From positions 6,113,772 to 6,177,771 of the forward strand of contig OZ244065.1 in assembly GCA_965215505.1 (NCBI GenBank): 64,000 nucleotides of DNA, read 5' to 3'. The notes under the pieces are model-generated. The model worked only from the letters and a program-made list of their open reading frames with translations, searched no databases and was not told the DNA's origin. Below are positions 21,493 through 31,638 of this stretch, piece by piece. The DNA is from Capsulimonadaceae bacterium. Its GTDB lineage: Bacteria; Armatimonadota; Armatimonadia; Armatimonadales; Capsulimonadaceae. Position 1 is the stretch's first letter. Every line of letters begins with the position of its first letter. Both the position numbers and the translations under genes were made by a program.

Positions 21493-22131
21493 TCAGTCTG
21501 CCGCGCCCGCCCGTCTTAGCAGTTCCGAAACCTCCGTGTGCCCGTATTGCTCTGCCCAGTAAAGGGCAGTCATGCCGTTCTCATCCTTGGCATGAACATT
21601 TGCGCCCGAGTCAAGCAGAAGTCGTACCACTTCCAGGTGTCCCGCTCCCATCGCCATCATTAGGGTTGTCCCGCCCGTCGTATCTGTGCCGTTGACATCC
21701 GCCCCCTCATCCAGCAGAAGGCGGACCGCTTCGATGCTCCCGTGGGCGCTGTAAAGCCGAGGGGGTTGCCTCAGATTGGTCACTTTGTCCGTGCTGGCAC
21801 CATAGACGGCGCGGTCTAAGGCTGTCCCTCCATCGTTGTCCGTGACGTGTATGTTAGCCCCTCGGTTAATGAGCAAGCGGAGAGTTTCCGTGTGGCCTCC
21901 GTAGGCCGCGACCATCAAAGCCGTGACGCCGCCGATGTCCTTGGCGTCAACCTGCGCCCCGCGATCCAGCAGCAGCCGCATGGTGTCAACATGACCATCT
22001 TCCGCCGCGTACATTAGCGCCGTGATGCCATCTTCTTCCTCTGCGGTATCAGCCTCATCCCCTCTGTCCAGTAAGCGGCGGACGAATTCCGTCCGGCCTT
22101 GCTGTGCCGCGCGGCGTAACGCTTCACTCAT
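21493..22131 (-). CDS. Ankyrin repeat protein
   Basis: Repeated G.TALM.AA..GH....RLLLDRGA.V.AKD. Confidence 0.93.
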   Translation of the reverse strand: MSEALRRAAQQGRTEFVRRLLDRGDEADTAEEEDGITALMYAAEDGHVDTMRLLLDRGAQVDAKDIGGVTALMVAAYGGHTETLRLLINRGANIHVTDNDGGTALDRAVYGASTDKVTNLRQPPRLYSAHGSIEAVRLLLDEGADVNGTDTTGGTTLMMAMGAGHLEVVRLLLDSGANVHAKDENGMTALYWAEQYGHTEVSELLRRAGAAD

Positions 22132-22144
22132 AGAAGGTTCCGCC

Positions 22145-23629
22145 TCACGACTTCACCCCGCCCAGCATCTGCGCGTAGAGCGCCTCCTGCCGCGCCCGCG
22201 CCTTGACGTAAATCTCGTGCCGCTCGGCGTCAGGCGCATACGTCTTCCCCAGGTAGGCCGGTACATCCCCCAGGTCATCAATCAGCCCCAGGCCGTCCAA
22301 AGCCAGCAGGGCCGCGCCACGGCTGGACGCCTCGAAGACGCGGCTGGTCGTCACCGGGACGCCGAAGGTGTCGGCCATGATCTGGGTCCAGGACGGGTCG
22401 TGGGTCAGCGCGCCGCCGGAGGCGACGATCTCGGAGGCGGAGGGGTACTGCGCCACCAGCAGGTCGCGGACTGCCGCGAATGTGTAGGCGACGGCCTCCT
22501 GGGAGGCGCGCAGGATGTCGGCGGGCGTCGTGTGCAGGTTCATCCCCGAGACGGTGGCCCGCGCGCCGACGTGCCAGCCCGGCGAACGCTCCCCGGCCCA
22601 GAAGGGCAGGACCGTCAGCCCGTGCCCGTCCGGCGGAACTGCGGCCACGGCCCGCGCCGCCGCCTTCGGGTCGCCGAAGAGGAGAGCCTTCTGCGCCCAG
22701 GCGAAGACGTTGCCGCCGTTCGCGAACGCCCCGCCCACCAGCATCCGTGCCCCGTCCACGCGGTAGCAGAACAGGCCGGCGGGGATGTCCACATGGTCCG
22801 CCCGGACGGCCGCCCGCATCGCGCCGGACGTGCCCAGGTTGATGGCCAGCCGGTTCGCGTCGGTCGCGCCGCTGCCGACGTTCGAGCAGGCCCCATCGCC
22901 CCAGGCCGGGAACCAGGGAAGGTTCTGGAGAGGTGCGAGCGCCTTGCCCCATTCATTCGTCAACCCCGACTGCGACTCTTTCTCGCCCGCGACGGCGTTA
23001 AGCTGGCCCGCCGCGATGGGGAGGTCCTTCAACGTCGCGTCGTCCCACGCCTTCGCGTTCGGGTCGAACAGGCCCGTGCCGGATGCCATGGACAGGCTGC
23101 ATTTGGCCTCCCCGAACAGACGCAGGGCGACGTACTCGCCGAAGGACATCCAGTGCCGGACCAAGCCGAACTCGGCCCCGCGCGTCTCGTGCAGCCAGCG
23201 CAGCTTGGCGGGCCAATAGGAGGTGTGCAGGACGCACCCCGTCCGGGCATGGTAGGCGGCCTCGTCCATCTCGGCTTGCAATGCCGCCGCCTGTGTCCGC
23301 GCGCGCGTGTCCGCCCAGGAGAACAGCGGCGTCACCGCCCTGCTCTCCTCGCCGACTCCGACCAGGCTGTGCCAGAAGCACGAGATGCCGACGCCCGCGA
23401 TCCGGCCCGCCGTCTCCTTGTCCGTGGCCTTCAGGAGCTGCCCCAAGCACCGGACCGTCAGGGCGAGCAGCGCCTCGGCGTCCGTCTCGACCCCGCCGTC
23501 GCCGGTCGTGGTCTGCGCGTAGGGGATCTGTGCCTCCGCCTTAGGCAGTGCGCGCCCATGCGCGTCGAAGAGCATGGCCCGGACCGAAGAGGTCCCCATG
23601 TCCAGGGTGAGAACAAGTGCTTTTTTCAT
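22145..23629 (-). CDS. gntK: FGGY-family sugar kinase, gluconokinase-like
   Basis: LDMGTSSVRA, SMASGTGLF, GDGACSNVGSG, GTSGAMR, LPFWAGERSPGW, EASSRGAA. Confidence 0.8.
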   Translation of the reverse strand: MKKALVLTLDMGTSSVRAMLFDAHGRALPKAEAQIPYAQTTTGDGGVETDAEALLALTVRCLGQLLKATDKETAGRIAGVGISCFWHSLVGVGEESRAVTPLFSWADTRARTQAAALQAEMDEAAYHARTGCVLHTSYWPAKLRWLHETRGAEFGLVRHWMSFGEYVALRLFGEAKCSLSMASGTGLFDPNAKAWDDATLKDLPIAAGQLNAVAGEKESQSGLTNEWGKALAPLQNLPWFPAWGDGACSNVGSGATDANRLAINLGTSGAMRAAVRADHVDIPAGLFCYRVDGARMLVGGAFANGGNVFAWAQKALLFGDPKAAARAVAAVPPDGHGLTVLPFWAGERSPGWHVGARATVSGMNLHTTPADILRASQEAVAYTFAAVRDLLVAQYPSASEIVASGGALTHDPSWTQIMADTFGVPVTTSRVFEASSRGAALLALDGLGLIDDLGDVPAYLGKTYAPDAERHEIYVKARARQEALYAQMLGGVKS

Positions 23630-23737
23630 AAGAGGTGGAACCCGCCCCGCCTAGTTCGCCGCCCCGCCCGCTCTTCCCTCCTCTCGCCCGCAGCATCGGG
23701 CTGGAAATCGGCGGGGGCATGAGGTATAAAAGGGGAC

Positions 23738-24250
23738 ATGAGTTTCTTCCCGACGCGGCCCGCGTTCCTGCCCGCCGCACTGGCGACGGCCGCCTTGATT
23801 GCGGCGGGCTGTTCCAAGCCGCCCCCGCCGCCTGCCCCCATTCCAGTGTCAACGGGCGTAAGCGCCAATTCCGGCGGGGACACGCGCGGCACGGTCCTGT
23901 ATCATCCCCTGCTGCTCCCGAAGAAACTGCCGGACCCCTATGCGGCCGTCAGCAGCAAATTCGTCATCGGCCAGCGCCAGCGCCTGGCCTGGGAACTGGC
24001 CGAGATCGACCTGCACGCCCATCAGCAGGCGGTCAAAACTTACCCGGTGCCGGACCCGTCCTGGCGCGGCTACACCAAGCAGAAGGCGCTCGACCAGGCC
24101 TTGCGGCAGGCGCAGTTCAACGCCTATCTCCTGGAGAAGCACCACGCCCATTTCTGCAACCAGTTCAACATCAGTTATGACCAGCTCGTCTTGATCATCA
24201 AGGAAGGCCGGGAGAAAAACTGGCCCATGCCGCCCGTGCCGAAGGAGTGA
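23738..24250 (+). CDS. Hypothetical lipoprotein
   Basis: Lipobox IAAGC, Pro-rich linker, ends in WPMPPVPKE. Confidence 0.75.
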   Translation: MSFFPTRPAFLPAALATAALIAAGCSKPPPPPAPIPVSTGVSANSGGDTRGTVLYHPLLLPKKLPDPYAAVSSKFVIGQRQRLAWELAEIDLHAHQQAVKTYPVPDPSWRGYTKQKALDQALRQAQFNAYLLEKHHAHFCNQFNISYDQLVLIIKEGREKNWPMPPVPKE

Positions 24251-24267
24251 CGGCCAAGCCGTTTCCC

Positions 24268-24296
24268 TTGACAGGCAGGCGGGCGCGTGTTATCAT
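24268..24296 (+). promoter_or_regulatory. Sigma70-type promoter
   Basis: TTGACA-17 bp-TATCAT with a TG extension. Confidence 0.7.
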
Positions 24297-24377
24297 GGGC
24301 CGTTCAGAGGGCCAACAGGTTGAGTGGATTGTATCATGGCCGCCTACGTCAAGCGCGCGTTTCGGAGGAGCCTTTCC

Positions 24378-25091
24378 ATGAACCTGTTCCGTTGTGCCGA
24401 TGCCAGGCCCGAAGCCGTGGCCGTCCCCGTCGCCCTTCAAACGCCGCTCGGCGTTGTCCGCCTTGACGCCATCCTGGACGGCATCAACGTGGCTCAGGAA
24501 CCGCCCAGCCAAACTTGCCGGCTCCCGTCCGGCGGCGGTATCATCTGCTGGCACCGGCCCGGCTTTGACTTGGAACTGCTGCTCTGCCGCCCGGCACTCA
24601 CCCCGCCGCTCGGAACGCCGTCAACAGATGGCTGGGCGGCTCTCTGGCGGCTGCGGGCACGGGAAACTATAGCCTCCTCTACATTTGTTGCCATCTGGGA
24701 AGAGGGCTACGCCTGGACGCAGGGCGGCCCGAACAGCGGCCAGGGATTGTATGCGAAGACATGGGACGATGGGCGGACGGAAGCATCCATTGGTACAGAT
24801 GACTCAGAGGGGCTTGCCAATCGCGCGAAGTGCGCTGATGGTCTTCCGTCTGAATGGGAACCGTATTTTCGCTCGACCGCCAACAGCTTTGACTGGTTCT
24901 CCTTGCAGATGGTTCACTATGAGGTGGGAGATAGAGGCGTTCCCGTTCCCTTGCCGCCACTGGCGGCAGGCCAGCAGTGCCAGATACATTTCGCTGTGGC
25001 CTGGTCCCCTTGTGCTGTGGGGGAAGCGAGGGGCCGGTACGCCGTTGAGGTGAACGCCGGACAGATCCTGGCGGGTGCCGGGTGTTCTTGA
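24378..25091 (+). CDS. Hypothetical protein
   Basis: ORF with GGAGG upstream of ATG 24378; atypical codon usage. Confidence 0.6.
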   Translation: MNLFRCADARPEAVAVPVALQTPLGVVRLDAILDGINVAQEPPSQTCRLPSGGGIICWHRPGFDLELLLCRPALTPPLGTPSTDGWAALWRLRARETIASSTFVAIWEEGYAWTQGGPNSGQGLYAKTWDDGRTEASIGTDDSEGLANRAKCADGLPSEWEPYFRSTANSFDWFSLQMVHYEVGDRGVPVPLPPLAAGQQCQIHFAVAWSPCAVGEARGRYAVEVNAGQILAGAGCS

Positions 25092-25153
25092 TGGCTTGCT
25101 CGCCGAATATGCCGTAGATTAAAACCTGCGCCCTCTACCCACAGGAGAAACAC

Positions 25154-25882
25154 ATGTCACACCCACTCGCGGGCCGAGTCGTCCTTATCACCGGCGCGTC
25201 GTCGGGCATCGGCGCGGCGACCGCCCGCGCCCTCGCCCGGTGCGGCTGCCGATTGACCCTCGCCGCCCGCTCGGCGGATAAGCTAAACGCACTGGCCGAA
25301 GAGATCGGCCCGGACGTGCTGGCCGTGCCGACCAACGTCACACAGAGCGCGGACGCCGCCCGGATGGTGGAGCAGACGTTGGCGCGGTTCGGGCGCGTGG
25401 ACGCGCTCTTCGCCAACGCCGGAATCTTCCTCCGGGAGCCGCTCCTGGACAGCGGCCCGGACGAGTGGGCGCGCGTGCTGGACGTCAACATCAACGGCGT
25501 CCTGCGCTGCGTCCACGCCGTCGTGCCGCACCTGACGGCGCAGGGGGCCGGCGACATCCTCGTCACCAGCTCCATCTCCGGCTTCATCGACATCCACGGC
25601 GAGCCGATCTACAGCGCCTCCAAGCACGCCGTCCAGGGACTCGTTCACACCCTGCGCCGCCAGTTTTCGCCGTCGGGGGTCCGCGTCATGTCGCTCGCGC
25701 CGGGGAAGGTCGCCAACGAGCTGTGGGGCATCACCGACGAGGCCGAGATCGCGCGGGGCGTGACGGAACGCGCCTGGCTGCGCTCCGAGGACGTGGCCGA
25801 GGCCGCCGTGTTCATGCTGTCCCAGCCCCCGCACGTCACCATCCGCGACCTCGTGATACTGCCGCAGGGCCAGGACTTGTAA
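25154..25882 (+). CDS. SDR oxidoreductase (ribitol/polyol dehydrogenase-like)
   Basis: TGASSGIG, ANAG, YSASK, IRDLVILP. Confidence 0.9.
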   Translation: MSHPLAGRVVLITGASSGIGAATARALARCGCRLTLAARSADKLNALAEEIGPDVLAVPTNVTQSADAARMVEQTLARFGRVDALFANAGIFLREPLLDSGPDEWARVLDVNINGVLRCVHAVVPHLTAQGAGDILVTSSISGFIDIHGEPIYSASKHAVQGLVHTLRRQFSPSGVRVMSLAPGKVANELWGITDEAEIARGVTERAWLRSEDVAEAAVFMLSQPPHVTIRDLVILPQGQDL

Positions 25883-25892
25883 GGAGACAGTC

Positions 25893-26990
25893 ATGCCGAC
25901 CCAGACCGCCGAACCCCTGCCGCGCACCATGCGGGCCGTCGTCTGCCACGCGCCCGGCGATTACCGCCTGGAAGAGAAGCCCGTGCCGCAGGCCGGGCCG
26001 GGCGAGGTCGTCATCCGCGTGGACGTGGCGGGCATCTGCGCCTCCGACGTCAAGTGCTACACCGGCGCACCGATGCTCTGGGGCGACGCCCACCGCGAGG
26101 GCTACTGCCAGGCACCCGTCACGGTGGGGCACGAGTTCATCGGGACGGTCATTGCGCTAGGCGAAAACGCGGCGGACCAGTACGGGCTGGCCCTGGGCGA
26201 CCGGGCCATCTCGGAGCAGATCGTCCCCTGCTGGTCGTGCCGCTACTGCCGGCGCGGCCTGTACCACCTGTGCGCCGTCCACGACATCTACGGCTTCCGG
26301 CGGCGGACGCCGGGCGGCTGGGCCGAGTACATGAAGTTCCCGACGGGCGCGATCAACCACCGAGTCCCGCAAAGCCTCAAAGTCGAACACGCCGCCCTCA
26401 TCGAGCCATTAGCCTGCTCCATGCACGCCGTCAAGCGCGGCGGGATCGAGTTCGGCGACGTGGTCGTCGTCGCTGGCTGCGGAACCATCGGCCTCGGCAT
26501 CGTCGCCTACGCCCGTATGAAGTCTCCAGGCGCTGTCGTCGCCGTTGACCTGTCCGACGACCGCCTGGCCCGTGCCAAACAGCTTGGCGCGACCCACACC
26601 CTCAACCCGCGCTCCGAAGACGTGGTACAGGCAATCTTGGACATGACCGAGGGCTACGGCTGCGATGTTTATATCGAGGCTACCGGTGCCCCCGCCTCAG
26701 TCGAGCAGGGTTTGCGGGCCATCCGCAAAGCCGGGACGTTCGTCGAGTTCTCCGTCATGGGTGCCCCCGTCACGACTGACTGGACGGTCATCGGGGACAC
26801 CAAAGAGCTGACCATCCGGGGCGGTCACCTGGGGCCGAACTGCTACCCCAGCGTCATCCAGTCCCTCGCCTCCGGGGCCGTGGACGGCGGCGTCTTCGTC
26901 ACGCATGAACTGGCCCTGGAGGAGTTCGAGTACGGCCTGAACCTGGTCCACGCGGGCACGGAAAGCCTCAAAGTCCTGCTCAAGCCCTGA
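25893..26990 (+). CDS. Zn-dependent polyol dehydrogenase (erythritol/L-threitol dehydrogenase-like)
   Basis: GICASD, GHE, CxxCxxC, GCGTIG, DWTVIGDTKEL, GGHLGP. Confidence 0.85.
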   Translation: MPTQTAEPLPRTMRAVVCHAPGDYRLEEKPVPQAGPGEVVIRVDVAGICASDVKCYTGAPMLWGDAHREGYCQAPVTVGHEFIGTVIALGENAADQYGLALGDRAISEQIVPCWSCRYCRRGLYHLCAVHDIYGFRRRTPGGWAEYMKFPTGAINHRVPQSLKVEHAALIEPLACSMHAVKRGGIEFGDVVVVAGCGTIGLGIVAYARMKSPGAVVAVDLSDDRLARAKQLGATHTLNPRSEDVVQAILDMTEGYGCDVYIEATGAPASVEQGLRAIRKAGTFVEFSVMGAPVTTDWTVIGDTKELTIRGGHLGPNCYPSVIQSLASGAVDGGVFVTHELALEEFEYGLNLVHAGTESLKVLLKP

Positions 26991-27030
26991 CAGCCGTGCC
27001 GCATCGAGGAAGACCGCTGAGAACACTACG

Positions 27031-27537
27031 ATGCTGAGACGCTACCAGAACTACGCACAGTCGAACCCGCTGCCGTCATGGCTGATCCAGGTCGCCGTGC
27101 TGTTCGCGCTCAACCTGACCTTCTTCCGGGGCACGCTTGGGGCAAGGGACCGTGGACACTTCCTGTGGCTGGCTGTCTTCACGTTGTCGGCACCGACAGT
27201 AAACCTTCTCACGCGGTTCTCCGAGGTACAACGGCGCGAGAGGCCCATCCCCCTGCGACAAGAGGAAGGTGTCGGCCTGCTTTCCTTGTCGGCCCTGGGG
27301 GCCAGCCTCGGCGCTTTGGGCGTCCTTACTTTCGGCAAGCATCTGGGGCTGTTCCTGCCCCCGGACAAATCGCTACTGCTGCTGACGCTCTTCAGCGTGT
27401 CCGCGCTGCTGTCTCTGGCGCTCGGCTACGCGGCACGGAGGACGCCGGAGGGGCTTTGGGGGCTGCGGCTGTCTGTGGCGTGGCTGGTCCTCCTCGTCGG
27501 GGCCGCGTGCGTGGTGCGGCTCTTGCGCCACACCTGA
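27031..27537 (+). CDS. Hypothetical membrane protein
   Basis: About five hydrophobic segments. Confidence 0.65.
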   Translation: MLRRYQNYAQSNPLPSWLIQVAVLFALNLTFFRGTLGARDRGHFLWLAVFTLSAPTVNLLTRFSEVQRRERPIPLRQEEGVGLLSLSALGASLGALGVLTFGKHLGLFLPPDKSLLLLTLFSVSALLSLALGYAARRTPEGLWGLRLSVAWLVLLVGAACVVRLLRHT

Positions 27538-27661
27538 CGGAGCGATGATCTCCCCTGTGACTTCTTTCACACTACCACTGTGACGCCCTTCCTCCAACCC
27601 TCCCCCGGACGCGGTTATACTAGAGCCATCAACCGAGCCGCACCGCTCCCCGGAGAAGACC

Positions 27662-27856
27662 ATGCAGAACACCGCCGTTTACAGCCCGTCCTTCAGCACA
27701 GCCGCCGTCACCGTCGCGAACAACACGCCCTGGATGCCCCGCGCCGCCCGCGCCCTGCGGACCCTGGCCCGCCGGTGGGATATGGTCGGCGTCCTGGGTC
27801 TGATGGCGTCGAGCGCCGCCTACGGCGTCTACGCCCTGGCCGGCACCGGCTTCTAA
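27662..27856 (+). CDS. Small protein with a C-terminal TM helix
   Basis: RBS GGAG, host-like codon usage, TATACT upstream. Confidence 0.6.
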   Translation: MQNTAVYSPSFSTAAVTVANNTPWMPRAARALRTLARRWDMVGVLGLMASSAAYGVYALAGTGF

Positions 27857-27938
27857 GTCGTGCTTCACTGGTCAGGCCCCTTCCTACCTCTCTTGCCTGA
27901 TTTCCCCGGATTTCAATCCGGTGAGCAGAGGCGGCTAA

Positions 27939-28568
27939 TCACCGGCCGGCCTTATCCGCCGTCACTCCCACTTCCCGGAGGCGCTTGAGCCATGTCCTGG
28001 CGTCCATACGCACGACGGGGTATTGACTGCTTTGAGCCATGCGGTTCAGCACTCCAATCGCCCGCGGGTCGCGTGTTCCGGCCAGGGCGAGTGAAGCGCC
28101 CACCTGCACCCATTGGTCCGAGCTGCCCGTGTAAGGAAGGATTGCGTTGTACAAGCGGCCCCGTTGGGAGGGCGTCAACTGCTTGGGCTTGTGTCCGGGC
28201 GAGGCGTAGGTGTGTGCCAGTACCATCTCTTGTGCCTGAACCGCGCTCTTGGAAGCGTTCTGGACCGGTAAGGAGTTCAGCTCACGCGCGATGAACGCGA
28301 CATCCTCATCCGAAATCCTTTGCGTCCTATCAATACCGTCTTGGATCTTCACAAGGCGGAGGTAATCCTGTTTGGTCATCACTCCCTGCTGCTGATAGAG
28401 TGCCCCCTGCTGCTGGTCCGGGAGATGAGGGGTCTGTACTGGCGGTGAGGATTCGGGCGACTGGAAAGCCGCCTTGACATGACTGCACCCGGCGAGCGCG
28501 GCGACGGTGGTGGCGGCTGCGAAAGCGCCCCCAACGGTACGGAGGAACGGGAAGCAAGGGGATGTCAT
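27939..28568 (-). CDS. Lipoprotein with a HEAT-like repeat
   Basis: Lipobox LAGC; WVQVGASLALAGTRDPRAIGVL. Confidence 0.7.
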   Translation of the reverse strand: MTSPCFPFLRTVGGAFAAATTVAALAGCSHVKAAFQSPESSPPVQTPHLPDQQQGALYQQQGVMTKQDYLRLVKIQDGIDRTQRISDEDVAFIARELNSLPVQNASKSAVQAQEMVLAHTYASPGHKPKQLTPSQRGRLYNAILPYTGSSDQWVQVGASLALAGTRDPRAIGVLNRMAQSSQYPVVRMDARTWLKRLREVGVTADKAGR

Positions 28569-28607
28569 TAGATTACGGCCTTCGGGCGCGGCCCCGGCCT
28601 GAACGAC

Positions 28608-30344
28608 TCAGCCGTTCGGCGCTCCCTGTTCTCTGACACGGGAAGCCGGTAAAAGTTGCACGGGCCACAGAACGCCGGGCGTTGCCATCCCTGCGGCCTT
28701 ATCTCTGCCGGGCGTTTTCCGTCGGCCTTCCTGGAACGCGCTGAGGCCCGCCGCGATCCCCTCGGCGATGCGCTGCTGCCCCTCCGCGCCCTGGAGCCGC
28801 GCCAGGTCACCCGAATCGGTCATGCTGCCGCACTCGACCAAGACCGAAGGCATGGCGGCTGTCCGGAGAACATAGTAGCCTCGTTGAAACCGCGTGGTGT
28901 CGGAAACTACTCCGCCGGGTTCTCCGGTCGGCGGTCGCATCCCTTGGGCCACACTCGCCGCCAGACGACGGCCCACCGGCCCCTGACCGTGGTAAAAGAC
29001 GACAGACCCTGCTTTGCTGATAGGCCCGCTGTCACAGTGAACGCTGATGAAGTAGTTCGCGTGTTTCGCGTTCGCGAGCTGGGTGCGCGCTCCCATGCTG
29101 GGAAGGGTGTCGGCATCACGGGTCATGAAGACCACCGCCCCGCGCTGTACCAGTTCCGCGCGGAGGCGTCTCGCGATCTCCAGGTCCAGGGCCTTCTCCG
29201 TCACCCCGCCTCGACCGACTCCCCCCGTGTCCCGCCCGCCGTGTCCCGCGTCCACGACTACGATCGTGCCGACCATCTCGGAGGAAACCCGGCCCGCCGC
29301 CCCGACGGGCCGGAGCGCCGCCAGGGGGCAGGCGATGACCGCCGCCAGCGCCACCGCGACCGCCGCCATCCTGGGCGTCCGGCCCTGGCGGCTCGGATGC
29401 GATGCGAGGATCGCGCTCACGCGGCGGTTCAGCGCGGACGGGCGCACCAGGGCGACCACCGTGGCGGGCGTCGCGCGGAAAGCCTGGGCCGAACGGACCA
29501 CGCCGACGAGATGCCCCGCGTAGTCGGCGGGTCCGATGCCCGACCCCAGCACGAGGTTGTCACTGGCATACTCGCTCTCCTGCCGTGCCTGCCGGGCGGC
29601 AAGCCAGACGAGGGGATGGAACCAGTAGAGGACGCAGACGACCTGGGCCAAAGTCTGCACGAGCCAGTCCTGCCGCTTGACGTGGGCCAGCTCATGGAGC
29701 AGCGCCGCCTCCACCTGTCCCCGAGGCCACTGGGTGGCCTCGGCGGGCAGGATGACGGTCGGACGGAGGCAGCCCCAGCCCATCGGGACAGACACCCCGC
29801 CGGGCACGGACGCGCGGCGGAAGTCAACTGGCCGATGGAGCGCGAGTCTGCGGCGGGCCGCCGCCGCCGAAGCCGCAAGAGGCCCGCCTTCGATGGTGAC
29901 GCTCGCCCGCGCGATCTTCCGCACCGACGCAGCGCTGGAGAAAAGCCGCATCAGTGTCAGGCCGATGCCCGCCGCCCAGATCACAAGGACATACAGGGGC
30001 CACAAGGAAAGCGGTTGTGCTTCGGGTGAGATGTTTGGCGCGATCGCAGGCTCTGGGGCACCCTCCGCGCCGACCGGCATGGCGTCGGTCGGCGCGGCAG
30101 GCGGCAAAGATCGTGCCTGCGGCCGGTGGACTCGGGGCAGCGCCAGATCCAAACGCGGCAGCGTCTGGGCGAGGAGCGGCAGGCACAACGCGCCCACGAG
30201 GCCGAGCGACCAAACGAGGTGCCTGGCAGCGGCGGACGCGGGCCGCAGCAGGAACACGATGCCTGCCGCCAGCCCGAGCAGAAGGGTGACCTTGATCGTC
30301 GCGTCCCCAAGAATGATCATGAGATTCGCCGTGGATGTCATCAT
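28608..30344 (-). CDS. BlaR1-like M56 peptidase fused to N-acetylmuramoyl-L-alanine amidase (Amidase_3)
   Basis: SAAARHLVW, HELAHVKRQD, YWFHPLVW (M56); DAGHGG, EK, ISVH, SVLVECG (amidase). ATGA overlap with blaI. Confidence 0.9.
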   Translation of the reverse strand: MMTSTANLMIILGDATIKVTLLLGLAAGIVFLLRPASAAARHLVWSLGLVGALCLPLLAQTLPRLDLALPRVHRPQARSLPPAAPTDAMPVGAEGAPEPAIAPNISPEAQPLSLWPLYVLVIWAAGIGLTLMRLFSSAASVRKIARASVTIEGGPLAASAAAARRRLALHRPVDFRRASVPGGVSVPMGWGCLRPTVILPAEATQWPRGQVEAALLHELAHVKRQDWLVQTLAQVVCVLYWFHPLVWLAARQARQESEYASDNLVLGSGIGPADYAGHLVGVVRSAQAFRATPATVVALVRPSALNRRVSAILASHPSRQGRTPRMAAVAVALAAVIACPLAALRPVGAAGRVSSEMVGTIVVVDAGHGGRDTGGVGRGGVTEKALDLEIARRLRAELVQRGAVVFMTRDADTLPSMGARTQLANAKHANYFISVHCDSGPISKAGSVVFYHGQGPVGRRLAASVAQGMRPPTGEPGGVVSDTTRFQRGYYVLRTAAMPSVLVECGSMTDSGDLARLQGAEGQQRIAEGIAAGLSAFQEGRRKTPGRDKAAGMATPGVLWPVQLLPASRVREQGAPNG

Positions 30345-30769
30345 CGTGCTTCTCCTCCGTCGTGGCCGCCCTTGTGTTTGTCTTTGCCCTTGAATCGCTC
30401 GATGGCCGCGCTGAGGTGATCCAACTCCTCTTCGGTCAGATCCGTTTCGGCTTCCGTGAGCATGGTCGTGACGGCGCGCTCGACGCTGCCGCCGAAGAAT
30501 GTTTCCACGAGCTGCCGCGCCGCCGAGCGGGCCGCGCTCTGACGGGGCAGCGTCGGAGAGTAGACATAGCGCTGGCCTTCCTGGACGCGGCTGACGTGCC
30601 CGCGCTCCCCCAGGATACGCAGCAGCGTGTTGACGGCGGTATAGGTCGGCGGATCGGGAAGGGCCTCGCGCACCTGGGCCGGCGAAGCCCGCCCCAGCCG
30701 GTGCAGGATGTCCATGATCTGCCGCTCGCGGCGGCTGAGTCCTTCGGGATTCGGCGGAAGCATCGGCAT
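30341..30769 (-). CDS. BlaI/MecI/CopY-family repressor
   Basis: LSRRERQIMDIL, YTAVNTLLRIL, RYVYSP, FFGGS. Confidence 0.92.
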   Translation of the reverse strand: MPMLPPNPEGLSRRERQIMDILHRLGRASPAQVREALPDPPTYTAVNTLLRILGERGHVSRVQEGQRYVYSPTLPRQSAARSAARQLVETFFGGSVERAVTTMLTEAETDLTEEELDHLSAAIERFKGKDKHKGGHDGGEAR

Positions 30770-30790
30770 CAACCCCCACTCTGCTTATGT

Positions 30791-30856
30791 TAGTGCCAAG
30801 ATTTTGGCATATGCATGGGTAGGATGTCAAGAGGTTATGCCAATTTTTTGGCACTA
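30791..30856. promoter_or_regulatory. Two TGCCAA-N4-TTGGCA palindromes flanking a minus-strand TTGACA; putative BlaI operators
   Basis: Palindromes at 30794-30809 and 30838-30853; tgtcaa at 30825-30830. Confidence 0.75.
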
Positions 30857-31113
30857 TTTTCTCATGCCATGCTGAACCGGCACAAGACAGGTGCCTTTTC
30901 CTTCGCCTCAACGCTGTAGGCGTTGTTGGAGACGATGTCGAGGGCGACACCGCCCCCCTTGTGCGTACCGGTGCGGGATCAAGGAGTGGGGGAGAAAAAT
31001 GGAGCGCGGGCGTCAACGGCCATCAGCCAGTCAGACAATGCCGTGTCGGTGATTTTTACTGAGCTGCGAATCGCCAGGCCGCGTCATTAACCAGGGTGTC
31101 CAACGAGTTCTAG

Positions 31114-31638
31114 TCACGCCGCTTTCCCGGACATGGCCGTTTTCTGAAGGGCGGAGCCAGATGACGCCGCATCCTGCACCCCATCTCTTGCGGCTTCTTC
31201 AGCCGTTGTCTTGTCGGCGATCATAGCCAGGCGTGGGTTGGCTGTGATGAGATATGTCCGGCGAACACGCACGCCCCCGAAGTTGCCATAAGGTAGACTG
31301 ACTATCTGATGTTCCACGCTGTACAAGGCCGTAGTGGTACGGACCAGATCATCCGACGAACTCAGGGGAACCAGCCGTGCGATCGGCAGCCAGTCGAGAA
31401 AGCTCATTTCGGAGCCGAGCAGGTTGACCAGCTCCGCGATGCCCGCGCGGTCGGTCGTTAGCCACGGTGCCGACGCTATGACGTCCCATTGTCCCGGCGA
31501 GTCGTCCCGCTCACAGAGGACGAAGAGGACGAATCCGCCCTTCTCGCCTGCGACTTTCTCTTCGGCATCCCGGAACTTCTCGACCAAGCCCGCATCAACT
31601 CGGGTCGGATCAATCCGGCCCATCTCTACTAGGTTCAT
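31114..31638 (-). CDS. HEPN-associated hypothetical protein (possible degenerate MNT-like antitoxin)
   Basis: ATGA-coupled to the HEPN gene; F.LF.L.ERDD...QWDVIASAPWL. Confidence 0.6.
   Translation of the reverse strand: MNLVEMGRIDPTRVDAGLVEKFRDAEEKVAGEKGGFVLFVLCERDDSPGQWDVIASAPWLTTDRAGIAELVNLLGSEMSFLDWLPIARLVPLSSSDDLVRTTTALYSVEHQIVSLPYGNFGGVRVRRTYLITANPRLAMIADKTTAEEAARDGVQDAASSGSALQKTAMSGKAA

Noticed and set aside
30345..31016. N-terminal extension of the 802-aa M56 ORF
   Set aside because: Overlaps blaI and its operator region; the ATGA-coupled start at 30344 fits better.
30870..31110. Possible gene fragment or ncRNA between the HEPN pair and blaI
   Set aside because: Only a short reading frame without a start or recognisable homology, and no convincing structure.
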